A stretch of 64,000 nucleotides of DNA, from assembly GCF_024700885.2 (NCBI RefSeq), contig NZ_CP117016.1. One strand, 5' to 3'. Under the pieces are notes generated by a model that saw only the letters and a list, made by a program, of their open reading frames with translations, was not told the DNA's origin and ran no database searches. Position numbers and translations under genes: made by a program. Positions 11,434-19,624 of the stretch are shown here, in pieces. Each line of letters begins with the position of its first letter. Within the stretch, counting starts at the first letter, position 1. Source of the stretch: Escherichia coli (GTDB lineage Bacteria > Pseudomonadota > Gammaproteobacteria > Enterobacterales > Enterobacteriaceae).

Positions 11434-11676
11434 ATGGACAAAGAATATAAAACACTCATCAACAAAGCACTTGAGCGTTTTTATTTTCGCTTAAGTGCAT
11501 CAGGCGCTCATGCTGAACGTGCAGCCCGTGACTCATTGACTAGGGCAATCCGGAGTCTGTATGACGTGGCTTTTTACGCTGATGATCTGGATGCACTTAA
11601 CGAACTTTCCGAGCTGATCTGTGCCGCAGAATGCGGGGAGCATATTGAACCGTATAAGCTGGGGAATATTGCATGA
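11434..11676 (+). CDS. Prophage early-region hypothetical protein
   Basis: 80-aa ORF, tight spacing with neighbours. Confidence 0.45.
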   Translation: MDKEYKTLINKALERFYFRLSASGAHAERAARDSLTRAIRSLYDVAFYADDLDALNELSELICAAECGEHIEPYKLGNIA

Positions 11677-11786
11677 GTATATTTATCTCATGGCTTGTCC
11701 TGATTATTTCGGTGGTCTGCGCCATTGGGATTATGCAAATTATTCATTCAGTAAAAAAGATTGAACGCATTTTCACTGGCGAATAA
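11673..11786 (+). CDS. Small hydrophobic peptide (37 aa), translationally coupled
   Basis: ATGA overlap with the preceding stop; MSIFISWLVLIISVVCAIGIMQIIHSVKKIERIFTGE; too short for the ORF track. Confidence 0.3.
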   Translation: MSIFISWLVLIISVVCAIGIMQIIHSVKKIERIFTGE

Positions 11787-11873
11787 CAGCGCAAATAAAA
11801 ACCCTAGGTTAAATAAGAAAATGTAAAAACAATCCGCATTCGCGGAGGTATTCGCACACGCCCAGGAGGCGTA

Positions 11874-12077
11874 ATGGCAATTAAGCATTTTCCTGTCGTT
11901 CGTTTCACTTCCAGAGGACGTGAATACGAAGTCGACGAACGCCTGATTACCACAATCGACAAACACCGCTCAGAAAAGGATGCACACCACATCTATCTCA
12001 CTGACGGTACTTACTTCTGCGCCACTAATGTGGCGCGGGTGAATCTTATCCGACAGGTACAGGATCCACGCAAATGA
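11874..12077 (+). CDS. Prophage early-region hypothetical protein
   Basis: 67-aa ORF, stop/start overlap with the next ORF. Confidence 0.4.
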   Translation: MAIKHFPVVRFTSRGREYEVDERLITTIDKHRSEKDAHHIYLTDGTYFCATNVARVNLIRQVQDPRK

Positions 12078-12292
12078 GCAGGAGAAGAATCACTCGCAGA
12101 CATCACCGCACACACCTGAATTCCTCAGCAACGCTAAAGGCACTTATTCAAAGCGAGATCGGTGATTTCTTCGCGGGAGTTGGCTCACCAGGTGAACCAG
12201 AAACACCAGAAGCGATGCAGCGTGAGCTCATGATACGCATAGATAACACTTTTGATTTCTTCTACAGCATGCACGGAATTAAACAGAAATGA
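12074..12292 (+). CDS. Prophage early-region hypothetical protein
   Basis: 72-aa ORF. Confidence 0.4.
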   Translation: MSRRRITRRHHRTHLNSSATLKALIQSEIGDFFAGVGSPGEPETPEAMQRELMIRIDNTFDFFYSMHGIKQK

Positions 12293-12400
12293 ACCTCAAG
12301 CCAGCAATAACTATTCGTAGAACGCCAATTTCTGTAACCGACCGCTTCTGAGTTTTTTGGCAGGAAGCCTTCGCACATCCTTAGTAGAGAGAATTGCAGC

Positions 12401-12790
12401 ATGATTGACGCTCATGACTTCACAAGATGGGTGCGCACACAGGACACCCGTCTGGCTCCCATTCTTCGGGGATTATTTGATCTCTACATTCGTGGTCGTG
12501 ACAACAGAGCACGCACCACAAAACCGGAGAATGTGGATACCCTTTATTTCACAGTAGACGACTGCTACCGCGTGGACTTCACACCACACGGACTGGCGTT
12601 GCACTGCCTGACACCGCACGGCGAATCACTGCTGGCGTATTACGACTCCCCGGCCTCCGTATTTGCGGCAATGCTGGCGCATCGCACTGCTGGCGGGTGT
12701 GCCTCGCTGAGTGAATACACCGCTGAGTTTAACCGCCTTTCCGCCCTCTTCTCGCAGGAGTGGCAGCGCGTGACGGGATACCAGCCATGA
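12401..12790 (+). CDS. Prophage early-region hypothetical protein
   Basis: 129-aa ORF whose stop overlaps the A start (ATGA). Confidence 0.45.
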   Translation: MIDAHDFTRWVRTQDTRLAPILRGLFDLYIRGRDNRARTTKPENVDTLYFTVDDCYRVDFTPHGLALHCLTPHGESLLAYYDSPASVFAAMLAHRTAGGCASLSEYTAEFNRLSALFSQEWQRVTGYQP

Positions 12791-15627
12791 GTGAGTTTGC
12801 ATGGAGCTGGAATGAACCACGGCCAGCCATTGATCCGGCCAGATTTACGGAGCGCAGGCAGGAAACTGAAACCGACCTGCAACGCGCCATCCGTTACTAC
12901 CTTGAGGCAGACAAAAAGGCCCAAGAAGAACAGGAAGCGAAAGAGGAAGCCTTTTTCGCACAATCCGCCATGGGTAAAAAACTCATGGCATCCCTTGAGG
13001 AAGCCGGACAGCGTGAAAAGCTGGCACAAAGCATCATCAGTAAGCGCCGGGCAACAGAACAAGACCCGGTGGCCCGTGCCTTTGCCACACTGAAGGTGCT
13101 TCCCGTTTATCTGCGAGAACCCCTGAGCCGCCACCTCTCTTTCCTGCGCAAAAAACAGGAAGCCGATCGCCGGAAAGGCAAAAAGAGCTGGCAGGCGGAA
13201 CGCTATGCACGCGGAACCCTGCGCAAAATATTCGAACGTCTGGATCGCACTGACGGACGCTGGCTGACACAGGGTTATCGCTCCATTGCCGGACGCGAAC
13301 GCCTGGACGATTTGCTTTACCTGCCGCAGCTCAACAAACACCAGGTACAGACACTGGCCACCATGACGGCAGCAATGTTCAGTAGCACATTCGAAAAACT
13401 CTGCGATGGCTTTGGCGCGACCGATGGTGAGCTGACCATGGATGTAACGCTGAAGGCGTATCAGATGCTGGCCCGCATGGCGTTACATCTGCACGCCATG
13501 CCTCCACATTATGACGCACTGACAACAGATAGAGATCGGAGGAACGAACCGGACACAGAGCTGCTGCCAGGCGCAATCCTTCGCCTGACCTGTGCTGAAT
13601 GGTGGAAACGCAAACTGTGGCTATTACGTTGCGAGTGGAGAGAAGAACAACTCCGCGCCGCCTGTCTGGTTTCCAGAAAAACATCGCCCTATCTGAGCCA
13701 GGACGCGTTAAGCGAGTTTCGCGCACAGCGCGAGAAAACACGCGATTTCCTGAAAGGTTTCATGCTGGAAAACGAAGACGGGTTCACGATTGATCTCGAG
13801 ACAGTGTATTACGCGGGAGTAAGTAACCCGGTTCACCGTAAGGCAGAAATGATGGCCACCATGAAGGGGCTGGAACTTCTGGCCGAGGCCCGTGGTGACA
13901 AAGCGGTGTTTCTGACTGTCACCTGCCCGTCAAAATACCACGCCACAACAGAGAACGGTCATCCGAATCCCAAATGGAACGGGGCCACCATGCGCGACTC
14001 CAGCGATTACCTGGTTAACACGTTTTTTGCGGCGGTCCGCAAAAAACTGAACCGCGACGGTCTGCGCTGGTATGGCATCCGCACGGTGGAGCCTCACCAT
14101 GACGGCACCGTGCACTGGCATATGATGGTCTTTGCTCATCCGGAAGAAATCGACAGCATCGTGGCCATCACCCGCGATATTGCCATTCAGGAAGACCGCC
14201 ACGAGCTGGGCAATGATATTACTCCGCGCTTTAAGGTGGAGTATGTCGACGGCTCAAAAGGCACACCAACCAGCTATATCGCGACCTACATCGGAAAAAA
14301 CCTGGACAGCCGCGCCGTGGATGGCATCGACCCGAAAACGGGCAAACCACGCGTTGACCACGAAACAGGTAAATCAATGGCCGAGAGCGTGGAGCGCGCC
14401 ATCGGCTGGGCGCGCCTTCACCGGGTCCGCCAGTTCCAGTTCTTTGGCATCCCCTCCCGTCAGGTGTGGCGTGAACTGCGCCGCCTTGCCAGCCAGATGG
14501 CACGCAACCCGGAAGGCCCGCAACGGCTGAAGGATGACGCAATGGATGCGGTACTCGCTGCCGCTGATGCCGGGTGTTTTGCCTCCTACATTGAAAAACA
14601 GGGTGGCGTACTTGTTCCACGCAAGGACTACCTGATTCGCACCGCCTACGACCTCGCAGATGAGCTGAACGATTACGGCGAACAGAGCGTACAGATTTAC
14701 GGGATCTGGTCACCACTCATCGGGGAATCCTCCCGTGTGTGCACGCACCCGGATAACTGGAAGCTGGTAAGACGTAAACCGGAAGCGGAAGACAGCACCC
14801 GCGAAAATGATTTTGACCTTCAGGGCGGCCCTGCCGCCCCTTGGACTCGTGGCAATAACTGTCCCCGTGTACAGGAAACAGACAACAACGGGACAGAACA
14901 GCCGGAAGAACGGCCAGCACCGTGGCCGCAGCTCCCTGACGGCGTTGAAGTGAACGAATGGATGCATTCACTGAAACGGCACGAACGCCGGGCGCTGATG
15001 CGTTCGCTTCGTGACAAACAGGCAAAAAACAGCAGCGATGAAATGCAGAACTGGACACAGAGCCGCAAACAGCCACAGCCTTTACCTGATAACCACGAGT
15101 TACTCGCTAAAGAATGGCGGGAGTCTGCTGAATCTCTCGGCCTGCATATTGGTGAACAGCAGATGCAGCACCTGTTACGGGGCGGCAGTCTGTACGTTGA
15201 CGGCAGCATCATTGCACCGCAGGGATTTGAAATTGTACGCAAACCGGATACCCGCCCGGACAGCCGAATCACGCAGCTCTGGCAACGCCTGAGCCGTAAT
15301 CACGGCGTAAGCAGCACGGAGATCCGCCATAACCCGGTCGCCAGCTATCTGGAACAGCTGGGGGCATCAGACCCTGAAGCCGCCGCACGCCTGGCATCCA
15401 CACTTCAGCAAGACCAGAACACCATGAAAACCCCCGTTACCGTGCTTTCTGACATGCTGCGCGCCATCCGTGACGCAGAGCACGCACAGAGAATCAGTGA
15501 AACCACTGAACGCGCCCACCGCAAAGCAGACCTGCTGCGGGGTAGCCTGACCAGTGGAAACAAAAAACAGACAGAAACGGGACTCACAAATCCCGTAAAT
15601 GAGCAAAAAACGTGCCGCGATATATGA
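12787..15627 (+). CDS. A: Rolling-circle replication initiator (P2 gpA-like HUH endonuclease)
   Basis: HUH motif region TVHWHMMVFAHPEE and tyrosine motif YIATYIGKN; 946 aa, longer than I recall for P2 A. Confidence 0.8.
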   Translation: MSEFAWSWNEPRPAIDPARFTERRQETETDLQRAIRYYLEADKKAQEEQEAKEEAFFAQSAMGKKLMASLEEAGQREKLAQSIISKRRATEQDPVARAFATLKVLPVYLREPLSRHLSFLRKKQEADRRKGKKSWQAERYARGTLRKIFERLDRTDGRWLTQGYRSIAGRERLDDLLYLPQLNKHQVQTLATMTAAMFSSTFEKLCDGFGATDGELTMDVTLKAYQMLARMALHLHAMPPHYDALTTDRDRRNEPDTELLPGAILRLTCAEWWKRKLWLLRCEWREEQLRAACLVSRKTSPYLSQDALSEFRAQREKTRDFLKGFMLENEDGFTIDLETVYYAGVSNPVHRKAEMMATMKGLELLAEARGDKAVFLTVTCPSKYHATTENGHPNPKWNGATMRDSSDYLVNTFFAAVRKKLNRDGLRWYGIRTVEPHHDGTVHWHMMVFAHPEEIDSIVAITRDIAIQEDRHELGNDITPRFKVEYVDGSKGTPTSYIATYIGKNLDSRAVDGIDPKTGKPRVDHETGKSMAESVERAIGWARLHRVRQFQFFGIPSRQVWRELRRLASQMARNPEGPQRLKDDAMDAVLAAADAGCFASYIEKQGGVLVPRKDYLIRTAYDLADELNDYGEQSVQIYGIWSPLIGESSRVCTHPDNWKLVRRKPEAEDSTRENDFDLQGGPAAPWTRGNNCPRVQETDNNGTEQPEERPAPWPQLPDGVEVNEWMHSLKRHERRALMRSLRDKQAKNSSDEMQNWTQSRKQPQPLPDNHELLAKEWRESAESLGLHIGEQQMQHLLRGGSLYVDGSIIAPQGFEIVRKPDTRPDSRITQLWQRLSRNHGVSSTEIRHNPVASYLEQLGASDPEAAARLASTLQQDQNTMKTPVTVLSDMLRAIRDAEHAQRISETTERAHRKADLLRGSLTSGNKKQTETGLTNPVNEQKTCRDI

Positions 15628-15673
15628 AGCACGCACAAAACAGGCAAAAGAGGGATTTCAGAATCCCGTAAAC
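15561..15673. repeat. Two 40-bp imperfect direct repeats, each with an internal inverted repeat, spanning the A stop and parM upstream region
   Basis: 15561-15600 versus 15634-15673 share 29 of 40 positions and the core AATCCCGTAAA; acggga/tcccgt and gggatt/aatccc dyads. Confidence 0.6.
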
Positions 15674-15703
15674 GGTTAATTAATCAACATAAGGAAAATC
15701 GAC

Positions 15704-16663
15704 ATGAAAATTTGTATCGACGACGGCTCCACCAACATCAAGCTGGCATGGACTGAGAACGGCGAACGCCGCAACGCCATCAGCCCGAACAGCTTCAAGT
15801 CGGAATGGTCTGCGCCGTTCGGTGGCACGCAGCCCGCGAACTACATGCTTGATGGCGTGCGCTATGGTTTTGATCCGGTCAGCGATCGCTTTATCCAGAC
15901 GACCGACACACAATACCAGTACAGCGATGTGAATGTCATTGCCATTCATCACGCGCTGGTCAAATCAGGCATCACGCCACAGGAGGTGGATGTGGTTGTC
16001 ACCCTGCCACTGAGCGAGTATTTCGACACAAACGCACAGCCGGACATGGCCAACATCAACCGCAAAAAAGCAAACGTTATGCGCCCGGTGGAATACCAGA
16101 ACGGCGAAGCATTCACTATCCGTAATGTACGGGTTATGCCTGAATCCATTCCGGCTGGCTTTAAAGCACTGGCTGACATGAGTCCGTTTGAATCCCTGCT
16201 GATTGTGGATTTAGGTGGAACCACGCTGGATGTGGCAAAGGTTCAGGGACAACTGGCAGGTATCAGCCAGGTGTTTTGCGATCCACACGTAGGCGTTTCC
16301 CTGATGGCCGATGCAGTACTGTCGGTGATGGCCACTAACGGTATGCGTACCAGTCACCACATCGCCAATACCATTATCGAACATCGCCATGATGAAGCCT
16401 GGCTGCGCCAGCACATCCACAATGACGCGCATTACGCCAGCCTGATGGCGGTTATTCGTGAAAAGGAAGAAACACTGAAACAACGCGTGATCCGCGCGCT
16501 GGCGGGTTTTTCGGGTTACGGGCGGGTGATGGTTGTCGGTGGCGGGGCGGAGATTGTGGCACCCGCTATCCGCGAAGCCTGCGGAGTTAATGCGACTTTC
16601 ATCGCGGACGGGGTGCCACAGTTTGCTCTGGTTAATGGGCTGTACGCAATGGACAAGGAGTAA
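15704..16663 (+). CDS. ParM/StbA-like actin-family segregation ATPase
   Basis: 319 aa; IDDGSTNIKL, YSDVNVIAIHHAL, VMPESIPAG, LIVDLGGTTLD, VMVVGGGAE, LVNGLY match remembered R1 ParM blocks. Confidence 0.8.
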   Translation: MKICIDDGSTNIKLAWTENGERRNAISPNSFKSEWSAPFGGTQPANYMLDGVRYGFDPVSDRFIQTTDTQYQYSDVNVIAIHHALVKSGITPQEVDVVVTLPLSEYFDTNAQPDMANINRKKANVMRPVEYQNGEAFTIRNVRVMPESIPAGFKALADMSPFESLLIVDLGGTTLDVAKVQGQLAGISQVFCDPHVGVSLMADAVLSVMATNGMRTSHHIANTIIEHRHDEAWLRQHIHNDAHYASLMAVIREKEETLKQRVIRALAGFSGYGRVMVVGGGAEIVAPAIREACGVNATFIADGVPQFALVNGLYAMDKE

Positions 16664-16667
16664 ACCA

Positions 16668-16979
16668 ATGACGACACCAACCAGGCGGATAAGTTTCTAT
16701 CTGAAGCCTGCGGCCGTCAAGAACGAAAGCGAAGCATGCGCCTGGCTGGACAGCCTTACACCGGAAGCCCGCAAAAGCGGCCAACGCGTGGCTTTTCTGG
16801 CCGGGCTGGCACTTCTGAAAATGAATCCGGCAGAGGCTTACCGACTGGCTGCATGGGCTGACGATGAGGCGTTATCAGTGACACAAACCAGGACAGAACG
16901 CCCCCTGTCACAGCCAGTACCAACCGCACAGATAACCAGTCAGATGGCCGGAAATATCAGGGCGTTATTTCCTGAATAA
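16668..16979 (+). CDS. ParR/StbB-like centromere-binding adaptor
   Basis: RRISFYLKP...AFLAGLAL...IRALFP resembles R1 ParR; immediately downstream of parM-like gene. Confidence 0.65.
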   Translation: MTTPTRRISFYLKPAAVKNESEACAWLDSLTPEARKSGQRVAFLAGLALLKMNPAEAYRLAAWADDEALSVTQTRTERPLSQPVPTAQITSQMAGNIRALFPE

Positions 16980-17042
16980 CACAACGTCAGGGCGAGTTCG
17001 CCCTGATCTCCATCTCAGAACATAAACAAGAAGAGCGACTTA

Positions 17043-17426
17043 ATGAGCAAAATCAACTATCAGGCATTACGTGAACGTTATTCACCTGCACCAGTACCAA
17101 AATGCCCTATTTGCTGCGAAGAAATGTCAATTCAGCGAATATCTGGAGCACAGGTTGTTTATGGCTGCTCCGGTTATGGTGATGATGGAGATTTCAAAAT
17201 TGGTCGAACTCTTGCCGACGAACATTATGAAAAATCACGCGTAACAGTGTTGGATGTCGGGGATCCTGAAGTATTGGCGCTACTTGATTGGCTGGAAACC
17301 AAAGACAACCGAATCGCTGAACTGGAAAAAATCGCCACTGACTATGCACTTAAATTCCAGAAAGCACAGGACGCATTAAAGTACGCCGCTTTGCTGCATA
17401 GCAGGTCAGCGCAGCTACAAGACTAA
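17043..17426 (+). CDS. Hypothetical protein with CPICC motif and C-terminal coiled coil
   Basis: 127-aa ORF in the variable region between A and cos. Confidence 0.45.
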   Translation: MSKINYQALRERYSPAPVPKCPICCEEMSIQRISGAQVVYGCSGYGDDGDFKIGRTLADEHYEKSRVTVLDVGDPEVLALLDWLETKDNRIAELEKIATDYALKFQKAQDALKYAALLHSRSAQLQD

Positions 17427-17516
17427 CTTAAAGCGGAAGATTAATACATGGTGAGTCGGGGTAATTTGTTTTTATCCCGACAAATAAACAAAAAAGTGGA
17501 CTATCTCTGTAGTATC

Positions 17517-18047
17517 TTATTCAGCATCGTCTCGTGCAGTCTGTGCATACGTCACAACAACGCCCAATGCATTAGTTTTCTTTTCAACATAGATAATATT
17601 GTCATATTCATAGTTACCATACGGATAGCAAATAAGAATATTTTTATGCAGATCGGGATCATCAACAAACGCTCCGGAACAGCTTCTTGAACTACCGGAT
17701 GTATACTCATACGGTGCAACATATGATGATGTTACTCCTGGTAAAAAATAAGTCACCATCATAAGAGGGATAATCAGGAATATCCCTGTAAGAATGCAAG
17801 AGCCAGCATAAACCTTCAGGTATTCCGACAGTCCTTTCCAGCCACTTTGCTTCACTACCCCCCTCTTCACCAGAAACAAGGAGAAGAAAAAGGACATACC
17901 CATACTACATAAGATGTAATAATTGGATATACGCGAATTAAGATATGTAATCCTGTAGATATCTGCCCTCCACCAGTAAAAGAGGAAAATAATCCCTAGC
18001 ACTGAAACAGTCATGCAAATCAAATAAGGATATGAATCTTTCTTCAT
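17517..18047 (-). CDS. Low-GC prophage cargo: small integral membrane protein
   Basis: 176 aa with 3-4 predicted TM helices, about 25-30% GC, in the P2 tin/old-equivalent position. Confidence 0.55.
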   Translation of the reverse strand: MKKDSYPYLICMTVSVLGIIFLFYWWRADIYRITYLNSRISNYYILCSMGMSFFFSLFLVKRGVVKQSGWKGLSEYLKVYAGSCILTGIFLIIPLMMVTYFLPGVTSSYVAPYEYTSGSSRSCSGAFVDDPDLHKNILICYPYGNYEYDNIIYVEKKTNALGVVVTYAQTARDDAE

Positions 18048-18049
18048 GT

Positions 18050-18577
18050 CTTGCGCTCATTAAAATTTCCCTGCTACGAACAAATTTACCATCCGTTTTT
18101 TGCGCAGAAAACAGCACGATGCACACTGCACGATAGTGCACAAATTTGCACAATTTTTTTGAACGACTTTTTACCCTTCCGGCCCGCATGGCGGCTGGAT
18201 CCGTCAAGGATCCGTGCGTGCACAAAAAAACGCGTTTTTTCTGCGCGCAGGTGACGGGGGAACAGCCCGCGTTTCAGGGGGTAAATAGTATTCCCTGAGC
18301 GATGTCGCAGCGACATAACAGAATGGCCATATTTCTCACGCTGAGCGTGAAAAAGATGTGAGGGCTTTTGATTTGATGGGGTGAAAGGTAAGGCCGTCAA
18401 AATCGAACTGAGGCGGTGAGAACATGCAGTCAGCGCGGTGGGATTGCGTAAGAGTCTGACCGTCGATGATGGTAATAAACAGGAAAGCGTCGTGAAATTA
18501 TCTGATTGATACAGGAGCTGGAGAGTCGGGGCATAAATTTTTTATGCCCCGGCGAAGCAGCGGACAAGCGAAGCGCG
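18050..18577. other. Non-coding region expected to contain the cos site and packaging signals
   Basis: By position immediately upstream of portal Q; contains TGCAC repeats (18120-18151), ggatccgt direct repeats and palindromes; exact cos ends not identified. Confidence 0.35.
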
Positions 18578-19624
18578 TCAGGATGTGGGCTGGGTGTCTA
18601 ACAGTGCGTAAGGGTTAAAGCGAATCACCTCTTCGCCAAGCCAGTCATTGATGTGCTTCATGGCCTCCATGACGGGCATCAGCTCGTTAATTGCGTAAAC
18701 CCGCGCGGCCTTCTCCACATCACCAAACGCACTTTTTTCGCCTGGCATCGCCCCCATCAGTTGCGGCGGAACGCGGTGCGCAGCCAGCACATCATCACGG
18801 GATGCCACCTTAACATTCATGAACTCATCCTTTGCGGTGATCTGCTGGAACGGCAAAATTTGCACCCCCTCTTTGCCACCGTTGGGCGCATGAATGAGCA
18901 CGTTTTTAAACGCACCACCACCACGTGCACCCTGTAGCGTTTCTTTCAGGGAGTCCATGCTTTCGCGGTTTACCTGCGCTGCACCGATGTAGATGATGCA
19001 CCCGGCGTGGGATCCGTTGTCGTAATACAGTTTTCTGAACATGTCCGCCGAATGAGACAGGCTGGCCGAGAGTAATGCGCCGAGATATTCCGGCATGCCG
19101 TAGATTTCCTGGTTAATGTCAGGATTCATCAGGTGGCACACTTTGCCAGGGCGAAACTGAAACGCGTCCTTGCCATCCTGCACATACCACCATGATTCAA
19201 GATCGCTTCCGCGTCGCATGTATTTCGCCAGGGCGTGCCGTAATTTAAGCGGTTCGCCGAGCATATTGCTTCGAAGCTCAAGGAATGCGTTACCGAACAC
19301 AAACCAGTCCAGCGCCAGCGCCGAGAAATCCTGCCGGGAAAGCAACGGGTGCGGGATGTAGCAACCGAGTAATACATTGCGCTTAAAGTAAAGCGCAGAC
19401 TGATGCCAGGACGTTTGCCGGGCAGCTCTTGCCAGACCGTACCAGTCCACCGGGGTTTCATACCACCGCCCGTTATCAGCACAGTACATATTGTCCAGCA
19501 GGTCATGCCCGGTCAGGCGATAAGGACCATCAAATGTGAATGCACTGAGCGATGATTCTTTCCTGAGCGCATCAGCGAGATCAATGCGTGAACTCATGCG
19601 CACTTTTTTATTTTTTCTACTCAT
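18578..19624 (-). CDS. Q: Portal protein (P2 gpQ-like)
   Basis: 348-aa ORF recognised as P2-type portal; adjacent and co-oriented with terminase. Confidence 0.85.
   Translation of the reverse strand: MSRKNKKVRMSSRIDLADALRKESSLSAFTFDGPYRLTGHDLLDNMYCADNGRWYETPVDWYGLARAARQTSWHQSALYFKRNVLLGCYIPHPLLSRQDFSALALDWFVFGNAFLELRSNMLGEPLKLRHALAKYMRRGSDLESWWYVQDGKDAFQFRPGKVCHLMNPDINQEIYGMPEYLGALLSASLSHSADMFRKLYYDNGSHAGCIIYIGAAQVNRESMDSLKETLQGARGGGAFKNVLIHAPNGGKEGVQILPFQQITAKDEFMNVKVASRDDVLAAHRVPPQLMGAMPGEKSAFGDVEKAARVYAINELMPVMEAMKHINDWLGEEVIRFNPYALLDTQPTS

Noticed and set aside
12640-13341. 233-aa minus-strand ORF inside gene A, plus several shorter antisense ORFs across 12800-15650
   Set aside because: Entirely antisense to the well-supported HUH replication gene A in a GC-rich stretch; no RBS and a low-complexity Ala/Gly/Phe-rich composition typical of antisense artefacts
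18086-18400. 104-aa minus-strand ORF in the putative cos region
   Set aside because: Arg/His/Lys-rich with no RBS; spans palindromes and repeats that look like DNA-level signals rather than coding sequence
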